Shown here: positions 21,103 to 29,422 of the stretch, one piece after another
Layout: each line of letters starts with the position of its first letter
Numbering within the stretch: position 1 is the stretch's first letter
Assembly: GCA_039028695.1 (NCBI GenBank)
Contig: JBCCHN010000005.1
Span: 5,444 to 69,443, forward strand
Direction: 5' to 3'
DNA from: Pseudomonadota bacterium
GTDB taxonomy: Bacteria; Pseudomonadota; Alphaproteobacteria; Kiloniellales; Kiloniellaceae
DNA length: 64,000 nucleotides
Position numbers and translations under genes: made by a program
Notes under the pieces: model-generated
The model's database searches: none
Told to the model about the DNA's origin: nothing
What the model saw: the letters and a program-made list of their open reading frames with translations, nothing else

Positions 21103-22656
21103 ATGGAATTGGGCGAAATCCTCCTTAACAAGAAGTTAGCAAGCAAGGACGATATCGAAAAAGCGCTTGAGCTACAGCGCTCCAGCGGCGGTCGACTTGG
21201 CGATGCCCTGATCGCTTTGCAAGTCATTACCGAAGAACAACTCGCCGGAATCCTAAACGAGCCCCCCAAGGCCCCTCGAAATGTAGATGAGACCGGCATC
21301 CCATCCGGAGAAATCCGGAATTTGCTCCTTAAAATCATGAGCAACCTGGAATTGCAGACGCCGTCTAGAATGGCGGAGGTGATCAAGCTTCCCAATCCCA
21401 TGGTACAGGTCCTGCTGGAAGAGTGCGTCGCCCTCAAGATGATCGAGGTCTTGGGCACCACAGGCGATGGCAACATGATTTCCGAACTGCGGTACAGCTT
21501 GACCGCGCTGGGCAAGGAACGAGCCAACGAGGCCATGGAGCAAAACCTCTATGTGGGACCGGCTCCAGTGAACTTGGAATCCTATGCCTATCAAATCAGG
21601 GCCCAAAAAATTACCAACGAACGGGTCAATCGGGCTCAGGTGCAAACGGCTTTCAATGGGCTGGTGATCGCGGATCAGTTTATCGAGAACATCGGACCGG
21701 CCATCAACTCGGGCCGCAGCATCTTGCTCTACGGGCCTCCGGGTAACGGTAAAACCACCGTGGCCGAGGCCATCGCCGCGATTTTTTGTAATGTGGTCTA
21801 TATACCCTATTGCGTGCAAATTGACGGTCAAATCATCAAGATCTTCGATCCTTCCATTCACGTTGAGATCAAGCAGGAATCCAAAGCTGAAGGCGTTTCG
21901 ATCCGCCGAGATCACGTTGACCGCCGCTGGGTTCCTTGCCAGCGTCCCGTAGTGATTACCGGCGGTGAGCTTACCCTGGAGATGCTGGATTTGAAGTACA
22001 ACCCCACGGCACGCTTCTATGAGGCACCCCTGCACATCAAGGCGCTGGGTGGCACCTTCATCATCGACGACTTTGGACGCCAATTGGTAAGCCCGGAAGA
22101 GCTCTTGAACCGATGGATCGTCCCCCTTCAAAGCCGTGTGGACTTTCTCAAGCTGCATACGGGAAAGAGCTTTGAAATCCCCTTTGACGAATTGATCATT
22201 TTTTCCACGAATATGGAGCCGAACGATTTGATGGATCCCGCCTTTCTTCGGCGAATACCCTATAAGCTGGAAACCGTCGGGCCGGATTCGGAGCAATTCA
22301 GCGAAATTTTCCGCGCGGTCGGAGAAAAGGCCGGGCTGAACGTGGATCAAAAGAGCATTGATTTGGTTGTTGAAGCCTTGTCCTCGCGCGGGAATGGCGA
22401 CCTGGCCTGTTATCAGCCAGGCTTTATCATCGACCAGATCCTTTGTGCTTGTAAGTACGAGCATATTCCCCCGGTTATCCGGGATGACCTGATTAATCGC
22501 GCCATTGGTAACCTCTTTGCCGAACCCACAACAAAGTGGGATCGGGCCGGCGTCAAATCTCAACAAGCGGAAATCGCCAATGCACTGGACTGCGACCTCA
22601 ATGACGAGGCGGAAAGCGAATTCCCGGAAGCTCCCCGCTCCGCCCATGCAAGCTAG
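21103..22656 (+). CDS. MshEN/T2SSE_N-like N-terminal domain fused to a single classical AAA+ ATPase module
   Basis: N-terminus ELGEILLNKKLASKDDIEKALELQ-RSSGG-RLGDALIALQVITEEQLAGILNEP gives two 24-residue MshEN-type motifs separated by a 5-residue spacer. Walker A LLYGPPGNGKTT, Walker B FIIDDFG, sensor-1 IIFSTN, Arg pair FLRRIPYKL. Start at ATG 21103 is preferred; the ORF-track GTG at 21043 is the alternative. Confidence 0.85.
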   Translation: MELGEILLNKKLASKDDIEKALELQRSSGGRLGDALIALQVITEEQLAGILNEPPKAPRNVDETGIPSGEIRNLLLKIMSNLELQTPSRMAEVIKLPNPMVQVLLEECVALKMIEVLGTTGDGNMISELRYSLTALGKERANEAMEQNLYVGPAPVNLESYAYQIRAQKITNERVNRAQVQTAFNGLVIADQFIENIGPAINSGRSILLYGPPGNGKTTVAEAIAAIFCNVVYIPYCVQIDGQIIKIFDPSIHVEIKQESKAEGVSIRRDHVDRRWVPCQRPVVITGGELTLEMLDLKYNPTARFYEAPLHIKALGGTFIIDDFGRQLVSPEELLNRWIVPLQSRVDFLKLHTGKSFEIPFDELIIFSTNMEPNDLMDPAFLRRIPYKLETVGPDSEQFSEIFRAVGEKAGLNVDQKSIDLVVEALSSRGNGDLACYQPGFIIDQILCACKYEHIPPVIRDDLINRAIGNLFAEPTTKWDRAGVKSQQAEIANALDCDLNDEAESEFPEAPRSAHAS

Positions 22657-23003
22657 CCAATATACCGGGCCAACGAATTTGGCAGTTTGACAGACAAGCA
22701 AAAAGCTCTGCCACCTATGGAGGTATTTTCCAATAAAGTGGAGGGCGATTATTTGGTTGGCCGACTGTCAAGGGTCGGCTCGTGATCAAGCCATAAAGAT
22801 CCAGCCCACCAAAACAGCGAAAACCGTAAACCCAAGAATTGAAGCGTCGAAAACTTCCACCCTTCGCCTCCGTAAGAGATGCGCTTAGCCCGCATCGCGT
22901 CGCATACGCAACGCTCTTTAAACAAACACCAAATTTCGATGTCGGTTCCCGATAGGCTAGAAAGCTTATCTTTAAGGAGTCGTTAAGGTCTGCTGGACAT
23001 CCC

Positions 23004-23387
23004 TTAATGTCTAAGGGAAATCTCTTCCAGCAGCTCTTCGATCGCCGCCCTAAGGGCCAAAAAATCGATAGGTTTTGTCAAGTATCTGGTTGGGCGCAGA
23101 TCCTCGACCGCATTGATATCCCGAACATCATCCAGAGCGGTCAGGAAAATAAAGGGTGTTTCGTTGAATTGGGGAAATTTTTCCCGCAAAAGAGTTAACA
23201 TCTCATAGCCAGACAACCGCGGCATCTTCCGGTCGCAAATCACCAGGGCTGGCTTCCGCTCGACGATTTGCGTCAAGCCATCGGCACCGTCGCACGCTTC
23301 AAGAGCCCCGTATCCCCAAAGAGCAATGAATTCCTTGAGCATAACCCTAAAATCGGGCTCGTCATCAATACATAGAATTTCCAACAC
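23004..23387 (-). CDS. single-domain CheY-like response regulator
   Basis: 127 aa. Acidic pocket IDDEPD, phospho-acceptor context LVICDRKMP, conserved LTKP lysine. No output domain. Confidence 0.9.
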   Translation of the reverse strand: MLEILCIDDEPDFRVMLKEFIALWGYGALEACDGADGLTQIVERKPALVICDRKMPRLSGYEMLTLLREKFPQFNETPFIFLTALDDVRDINAVEDLRPTRYLTKPIDFLALRAAIEELLEEISLRH

Positions 23388-23780
23388 TCTGGCCCATCCT
23401 CACTGTCATTCACCTAGCCATCACCTAACCTTTTTAAGGTAGTGCCATCGATGGCCGAGACATTTTACTGGTCCGAAGAGCAAATCCTTCTTCTGGAACC
23501 GGTTACCTTAAAAGGAACCGGGAAAAAATTGGTTAAGCATCTGGTCTGGTTTGATGAACCGATACGGGCTTTTTCAATCAATCGAAAAATTCGGATCTAT
23601 TGGGTAAAGGCGTAATGGATGCGGCGGCTGCATCGAACGGCCGATTGCTCCAATTTCCTCACCTGAAACAATTTTTCCCAAATTCCTGTACCAAGCCAGG
23701 CAAGCTGGTGATAAGCTTGGTAAATCGTCGGATCGATCAAGAATAACAACTCACCATAACGACCACAGGGAGACTGCCAA

Positions 23781-25373
23781 ATGAGCGAATTTGACGACCT
23801 CAAAAAAGGATTATTGTCTGGCGCCATCAAACGGCGCGAGTTTTTGACACGGACCTCCGCGCTGGGTTTGGCCGCAGCTGCGGCGCCGATACTGGCCCAG
23901 CAAGCCCAGGCCATGACGCCGAATAAAGGGGGCCATTTGCGCCTTGGCACTGCCGAAGGCTCCACCAGTGACGTGTTAGACCCAGCACCGGATTCCAGTG
24001 CCTTCATCACCATGTTGTCCTCCACATACCTGAGCCAGCTCACCGAAGTGGATGCGAACGGCAACCTCCACCCCCTCTTGGCGGAGTCATTCGAGCCCAA
24101 TGAAGGGGCAACGGAATGGACCTTCAAGCTGCGCAAGGGTGTGGAATTCCACGACGGCAAGCCTCTGGTTGCCGAGGATGTGGTGGCGACCCTTAATCAT
24201 CATCGCGGCGAGGATTCCAAATCCTCCCTCAAGGCCTTCGCCAATCAGATCGAGGATATCAAGAGCAGTGGCGACCACGAGGTCAAAATTATTCTGTCCT
24301 CCGGTAATGCCGATTACCCCTTCGTTCTCAGCACCGGCGCCTTTTCCATCCTGCCCAGCAAGGACGGCAAAGTCCAAGCCACAGCAGGTAACGGCACCGG
24401 CCCCTACAGCTTGCAAGAGTTCGATCCCGGCGTCCGGGCCGTGGTTCAAAAGAACCCCAATTACTTCAAGGACGATGTGGGTCACTTCGAATCAGCCGAG
24501 ATCAATATCATCGCCGATGCGGCGGCCCGGCAAAATGCCTTGGTCTCCAACGAGGTTGATTTGATCGACAAGGTTGAGCTCAAGACCGCCCATCTCTTGG
24601 CGCAGAACGAAGCCGTCGAGCTGCTCGATGTGACCGGCACCCTGCACTACACCTTCCCCATGGACACCCGGCAGGCACCGTTTAACGACAACAATGTGCG
24701 CTTGGCGCTAAAGTATGCCATCGACCGCCAGGAAATCGTGGACAAGGTCCTAAAAGGCTATGGAGCGGCCGGTAACGACCATCCCATTTCGCCCGCCAAC
24801 CGCTACTTCAACACGGAACTCGCGCCGCGCAACTATGATCCCGATAAGGCCAAGTTCTACTTGAAGGAAGCAGGCCTTGATACCCTAACGGTCGAGCTCA
24901 GTGCATCCGAGGCGATCTGGAACGGTGCCATTGATGCGGTCGTTCTTTACCGCGAGCAGGCAGCCAAGGCCGGTATCGACATCGTGGCCAATCGGGTGCC
25001 CAACGACGGCTATTGGTCCAATGTGTGGATGAAACACCCTTGGGCGGCCAGCTATTGGAGCGGTCGCCCCACCGAAGACTGGATGTTCTCCCAGGGTTAC
25101 GCCGACGATTCCAGCTGGAACGAAACCTTCTGGAAGAACGACCGCTTCAACATGCTGTTGCGTGAAGCCCGTGCCGAACTGGACGAGACCAAGCGACGGG
25201 ACATGTATTGGGAAATGCAGGAGATTGTCCGCGACGACGGTGGCGCGGTTGTGCCGATCTTCGCCAATCACCTGATGGCTTATCAGAAGTCCAAGCTGAC
25301 CCATCCCGAAAAGGTCGCCGGCAACTGGAACCTGGATGGCTACAAGCTCATCGAACGCTGGTCCATGACCTGA
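23781..25373 (+). CDS. ABC transporter substrate-binding protein, family 5 (peptide/nickel type), Tat signal
   Basis: 530 aa. Twin-arginine signal KRREFLTRTSALGLAAAAAPILAQQAQA. SBP_bac_5-like body. No permease or ATPase genes adjacent. Confidence 0.9.
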   Translation: MSEFDDLKKGLLSGAIKRREFLTRTSALGLAAAAAPILAQQAQAMTPNKGGHLRLGTAEGSTSDVLDPAPDSSAFITMLSSTYLSQLTEVDANGNLHPLLAESFEPNEGATEWTFKLRKGVEFHDGKPLVAEDVVATLNHHRGEDSKSSLKAFANQIEDIKSSGDHEVKIILSSGNADYPFVLSTGAFSILPSKDGKVQATAGNGTGPYSLQEFDPGVRAVVQKNPNYFKDDVGHFESAEINIIADAAARQNALVSNEVDLIDKVELKTAHLLAQNEAVELLDVTGTLHYTFPMDTRQAPFNDNNVRLALKYAIDRQEIVDKVLKGYGAAGNDHPISPANRYFNTELAPRNYDPDKAKFYLKEAGLDTLTVELSASEAIWNGAIDAVVLYREQAAKAGIDIVANRVPNDGYWSNVWMKHPWAASYWSGRPTEDWMFSQGYADDSSWNETFWKNDRFNMLLREARAELDETKRRDMYWEMQEIVRDDGGAVVPIFANHLMAYQKSKLTHPEKVAGNWNLDGYKLIERWSMT

Positions 25374-25395
25374 TTTGCCATGAGATAGCGAGCCA

Positions 25396-25429
25396 GGCCG
25401 GCGTCCCCATGGGGCGCCGGCCCTTTTTT
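25396..25429 (+). terminator. rho-independent terminator after the SBP gene
   Basis: GGCCGGCG-TCCCCATGGGG-CGCCGGCC is a GC-rich hairpin whose inner CCCC/GGGG also pairs. It is followed by C and TTTTTT, 23 nt after the stop codon. Confidence 0.75.
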
Positions 25430-25565
25430 GGGCATTGATTGCCAAAAAGGCGCGACATTAGACCGCAGTCACCATGAATTCGGTCAGTGGGCGCTTGAGA
25501 GCCGCTTCAACTTAAGTCTATTTTGCTGGCCGAACGCGCCGCCAAACAAATTTAGAGATCCATCC

Positions 25566-26111
25566 ATGCCGATAGCCTCCTTCCTCAGAGTTTTCCTCGC
25601 GTCCCTGTTGCTATGCGGCACCGCCACAATGAGCCATGCGGGCGACGGCCACGAAAAGATACAGCTCACCGAGCCCTGGGCGAGAGCCTCGGCGGGCCCA
25701 GCCAAAAACGGAGCTGCCTACATTACGATTACAAACCATGGGACCGAAGCTGACCGATTGATCGGGCTGCGCAGCGAGGCGGCAGCGCGCAACGAGCTTC
25801 ACACTCACATCATGGAAAATGACGTGGCCAAGATGCGCCCCGTCGAGGCCATCGAAATCCCGGCCGGCGCATCGGTAAAGCTAATGCCGGGCGGCGATCA
25901 CATCATGTTCATGGGTCTGCACGACTCCCTCAAGGAAGGGGAAAGCGTCACGATCACCTTGATCTTTGAAAAGGCGGGCGAAGTTGGCATCCTGGTTCCC
26001 ATTGCCGGTGTGGGCGCCCAAGCCCCGGAAGGCGGAGGTCACGACCACGATGACCATGATCACGACAACCATGATCACGGCGATCACGACCATTCCGATC
26101 ACTCCAACTAA
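25566..26111 (+). CDS. periplasmic copper chaperone PCu(A)C (DUF461) with a C-terminal His/Asp-rich tail
   Basis: Signal peptide MPIASFLRVFLASLLLCGTATMSHA. PCuAC Cu(I) motif elements HTHIMENDVAKM and GGDHIMFMG. Tail GGGHDHDDHDHDNHDHGDHDHSDHSN. Start at ATG 25566, in frame within the longer ORF-track call. Confidence 0.85.
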   Translation: MPIASFLRVFLASLLLCGTATMSHAGDGHEKIQLTEPWARASAGPAKNGAAYITITNHGTEADRLIGLRSEAAARNELHTHIMENDVAKMRPVEAIEIPAGASVKLMPGGDHIMFMGLHDSLKEGESVTITLIFEKAGEVGILVPIAGVGAQAPEGGGHDHDDHDHDNHDHGDHDHSDHSN

Positions 26112-26159
26112 AGGGGCGCTCTTACCCGCTTTTCGGATATCTCTCTTTTAGACCGTCGC

Positions 26160-26504
26160 TTACGCTAAGATCAGGTTCGGCTCTTCGCCTTCCAAAACAG
26201 GGCGAAGAAAGTGTCGATCATACCTCTTGATGCAAGCTGTTTTAACCGCGAAGTCATAGGCGGCCCGACAATCCCGGTCTAAAGCGCTGTCTTGGCGGTA
26301 CCTTTCATAGTCTGCCAAAGATGGAAACGAGAAGGCGGCAAAGGCCAGATCGTTCGGCCCCTCGTGGGGTAAAAAATAGCCATGGTGGGTGCCGCCAAAC
26401 CGTTCGACCAGGGTGATCCAAGCTTTCGCATAAACTTCGAAATCGTCCGCCTTTGTTGGATCGATCTGATAGGTCAAATGACAAGTGATCATCGCTTCCT
26501 CCAT
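26160..26504 (-). CDS. NIPSNAP-like (dimeric alpha/beta-barrel) protein
   Basis: 114 aa. The pattern ...YQIDPTKADDFEVYAKAWITLVERFGGTHHGYFLP...FSFPSLADYERYR resembles the NIPSNAP family. Assignment is from memory only. Confidence 0.55.
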   Translation of the reverse strand: MEEAMITCHLTYQIDPTKADDFEVYAKAWITLVERFGGTHHGYFLPHEGPNDLAFAAFSFPSLADYERYRQDSALDRDCRAAYDFAVKTACIKRYDRHFLRPVLEGEEPNLILA

Positions 26505-26688
26505 CGAGAAATTGAACTACCATGATGTGATCAGCAATTGGACCCATTCGTCATAAGTCCGTACCGTCTCTGATTGGAGTTTTTGCGCGCTTCAAGCTTG
26601 AGACACTTCACGCCATTCCAAGTGTCGAGAAAAGCCATAGCGGCATCACCCTTTTATCGAGCAAGGATAACGACGCCATGCGCCTGCT

Positions 26689-29115
26689 TCAGCGATCCTC
26701 TGATAAGATATCGTTGAAGGCTGCCAGTTCAGCGGCCACCCGGCCATAAATGCTGTCGGGTGGATAGTTGCCGTCCTGATCCGGCTCACCTGCTTTTGTC
26801 CCTAAAAACAACTCCAACGCTTCATCGATGGTCTCCACCGACCAAATGGTGAAGTTACCCTCTTGCGCAGCCTGGGCTACTTCATCGTCAAGCACCAGGT
26901 TCGTTTCATTGGCTCGGGGAATGATCACCCCTTGCGTCCCCGTGAGTCGTCCCTTGTCTCGGCAAGCGCGGAAAAAGCCCTCCACTTTGTGGTGCACCCC
27001 GCCTACGACTTGAGACTGCCCGCGTTGATTGACCGACCCGGTGATGGCCAAGTCTTGGCGTGCCGGCAAACCGGAAATGTCGGAGAGGATGGCCACCAAC
27101 TCGGCCAGCGACGCGCTGTCGCCCTCAACGCCGCCATAACTCTGTTCAAAGGTGATTGAGCAATTAAAGGACAAAGGATGGCGGCGAGCAAAGTGCCCCG
27201 CCAAAAATCCCTGCAGCACCATAACGCCCTTTTGCTGGATCGGACCGCCTAAGGCGATATCCCGTTCCACGTTGATGACGCCGCGTCGTCCCACCGAAGC
27301 CCGAGCCGTTACCCGTGACGGTGTGCCAAAAGAGTGGTCCCCAAAGGAGCGCACTGTCAGGGCGTTGATCTGGCCGCGCACGGACCCGGTCACATCAATC
27401 ATTACCATATCGTCTGCGATCTGTTCATAGAGACGGTCTTCGATGCGGGCATTACGGTCGCGCCGCCGGGCGATGGCTTGGACGACCACGGCCTTATAGA
27501 GGGGCGCGGTCGGGTCATCCCCGTCGCCACACTCCCCCATCAGCAACGTCGCCTCTTGCACCGCGTCCTCGACCTGCTCGAACTGGGCGGTCAAGCGGGT
27601 CCGATCCCCCGCCCAGCGGGACGCCAGACCCAAAATGTAATCCACCGTCTCCGCGGTGCAGCGACGGCCGCAGTTGCGGGCTGCGATCTCCTGTACCAGA
27701 TCGCGATAGCAGGCCAGGTTGGACTCATCGGCCGGCATATCCGTGTCCACATCGGCCTTGATGCGAAAATAGTGATGAAAGTCCGGGTCCACGGAAAAGA
27801 AGGTGTAGTACCAGCGTGGGGCACCCACCAAGACAACCTTTACATCTAGGGGTACCGGCAAAGGCTGAGGAGCACCGGCGATGGGAACGCCCCCCCGTCG
27901 ACTGAGTTGCCCAACCACCACCTGGCGATCCCTCAAGGCGGCTTTCAGGCCCAGCCAAATGGCTGGATCGGCCGCAAGGGTTTCCGCGCGCAATACCAAA
28001 ATTCCCCCGTTGGCTCGATGAAGGGCACCGGCACGAATAAGAGTGAAGTCGGTTTCCAACACACCACCGGCCTGTCGGTATTCCATGTCCCCGAAAAGGC
28101 TGCCGGCCGTGGGATTGGCTTCCAGAACCACCTCCGGATGCGCCGCATCTCCATTATCGATCAATAGGTTGACCCCATAACGCTGTGCCAAAAGGCTTTC
28201 CGCCGCACCCGTCATTCCTCCCTGTCCATCGGCAGAAGAGGGCGCCGCCGCTTCGCCCATGAAGAGCCTCACGTTCGCCAAAATGTCCTCGCGCAAACTT
28301 TCGATCCAAGCGGCCAAATCGCTCTGCCCCTCAAAAGCCTCGGCGAGGGAATCCAACAGCCCCCCAATGGCTCGGTCGGCAACGGCTCGGTTTAGGTCAC
28401 GCAGGGCCTCGGCCAAGTCCATTTGCCGTTCTCCGGCCATGCGATTGATAGCGCGAAGACGCTTGTTGATTTCCTGAAGGGCCGTCTCCACGGCTTCTTT
28501 TTGAGCTTCCGCAATCTCCGCCGGATTGATGGGATTGCCGTCGGGCCCGACGGGCGTCACCGTGATGCCACCCGCGGTTTGGACGAGATCCAATCCCTTA
28601 CTCTTTGCATCTTTTCGTAGCGCATCGATCTCTGCGCCGACCTGGCTTTGTGCATCCTGCTGAGCAGCCTGGACCTGAGCCTCATAATCACCGGCGGTAA
28701 AGGCACCGGAAAGGGCTTCACGGAGACGGGGAAGCAGGTTGGCCATGCGAGTGCGCAGGTTGCGCCCCATGCCCGCCGGCAGACCATAGGCCCGAGGCCG
28801 ATGGGGCTCGGCAAAGTTATTGAGATAGACCCAATCGTCAGGAACCGGGCGGTCGGCCATGGCTTTTTCCAGATAGGAAAGCGTGGCCGTCATACGGCCG
28901 CTTCGGTCCTCGCCCAAAACGAAAATGTTAAAGCCAGGCGCACCCACCGATAGTCCAAAGGCCAAAGCCTCCCGTGCGCGGGCGTGGCTGGACAGGGTAA
29001 AGACCTCGGCCCCGCCGTCGGACGGCTCTTGCGGATGCGAAGCCGCTGAGGCCTCGTCCGAACCAGTAAATTGGGGCAATCCGACCCGATCGGCAGATAT
29101 CTTCTTGGCTGGCAT
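26689..29115 (-). CDS. Lon-like protease (AAA_32-type degenerate ATPase region, long helical insertion, Lon_C Ser-Lys protease domain)
   Basis: C-terminal Lon proteolytic domain YGGVEGDSASLAELVAILS...GGVHHKVEGFFRACR. The P-loop position reads GEDRSGRMT, not GxxxxGK[ST]. Start at ATG 29115 (GAGAGG 4 nt upstream) preferred over the ORF-track TTG at 29202. Confidence 0.85.
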   Translation of the reverse strand: MPAKKISADRVGLPQFTGSDEASAASHPQEPSDGGAEVFTLSSHARAREALAFGLSVGAPGFNIFVLGEDRSGRMTATLSYLEKAMADRPVPDDWVYLNNFAEPHRPRAYGLPAGMGRNLRTRMANLLPRLREALSGAFTAGDYEAQVQAAQQDAQSQVGAEIDALRKDAKSKGLDLVQTAGGITVTPVGPDGNPINPAEIAEAQKEAVETALQEINKRLRAINRMAGERQMDLAEALRDLNRAVADRAIGGLLDSLAEAFEGQSDLAAWIESLREDILANVRLFMGEAAAPSSADGQGGMTGAAESLLAQRYGVNLLIDNGDAAHPEVVLEANPTAGSLFGDMEYRQAGGVLETDFTLIRAGALHRANGGILVLRAETLAADPAIWLGLKAALRDRQVVVGQLSRRGGVPIAGAPQPLPVPLDVKVVLVGAPRWYYTFFSVDPDFHHYFRIKADVDTDMPADESNLACYRDLVQEIAARNCGRRCTAETVDYILGLASRWAGDRTRLTAQFEQVEDAVQEATLLMGECGDGDDPTAPLYKAVVVQAIARRRDRNARIEDRLYEQIADDMVMIDVTGSVRGQINALTVRSFGDHSFGTPSRVTARASVGRRGVINVERDIALGGPIQQKGVMVLQGFLAGHFARRHPLSFNCSITFEQSYGGVEGDSASLAELVAILSDISGLPARQDLAITGSVNQRGQSQVVGGVHHKVEGFFRACRDKGRLTGTQGVIIPRANETNLVLDDEVAQAAQEGNFTIWSVETIDEALELFLGTKAGEPDQDGNYPPDSIYGRVAAELAAFNDILSEDR

Positions 29116-29422
29116 GGAACCTCTCATGCTTGGATTGGTCTGCGGGCTTCGCAAAAGCCCTCGGCGGTCACCATCCTGCCAGGGATTCTCGCAAGCTGCC
29201 AAGGCCGTGGGCGCACAATCACGTATTTTTGCCTAACAATTGCCCGAAAGGCGGAACGGCGCCGGGCGATAAACACTTTGTAACCCGGCTGTCATCTCGT
29301 CTTTAGGTGATGTCCTGAATTATGGGCCACCGGCCTTCCCGAATGGCATCCGGTCCCACTGGGCCCGCCGTCGAAGGCCAATGATTTTTGGACCTATTCT
29401 TTTTCGTTGAGGAACCCAAGGA

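Noticed and set aside
21253-22701. 482-aa ORF on the minus strand covering almost the whole MshEN-AAA+ gene
   Set aside because: It is antisense to a gene with clear Walker A/B and MshEN motifs. Its translation has no recognisable motif and a skewed composition typical of shadow ORFs.
10078-23400. Direct repeat of the tRNA-Gln 3' end (att site) delimiting the island
   Set aside because: I looked by eye for GGTTCGAATCC/TTCCCCAGCCA-like strings at the candidate right borders (about 12.4, 14.1-14.4 and 23.4 kb) and found none. A computational search is needed before claiming or excluding one.
23597-24160. 187-aa minus-strand ORF overlapping the start of the ABC binding-protein gene
   Set aside because: It overlaps a well-supported gene (Tat signal plus SBP body) and has no motif. 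The upstream half lies in a promoter region.
26689-29115. Possibility that the Lon-like protease is BrxL of a BREX defence system
   Set aside because: No PglZ, PglX, BrxA/B/C or other BREX genes are present. The neighbours are housekeeping or Bat genes.
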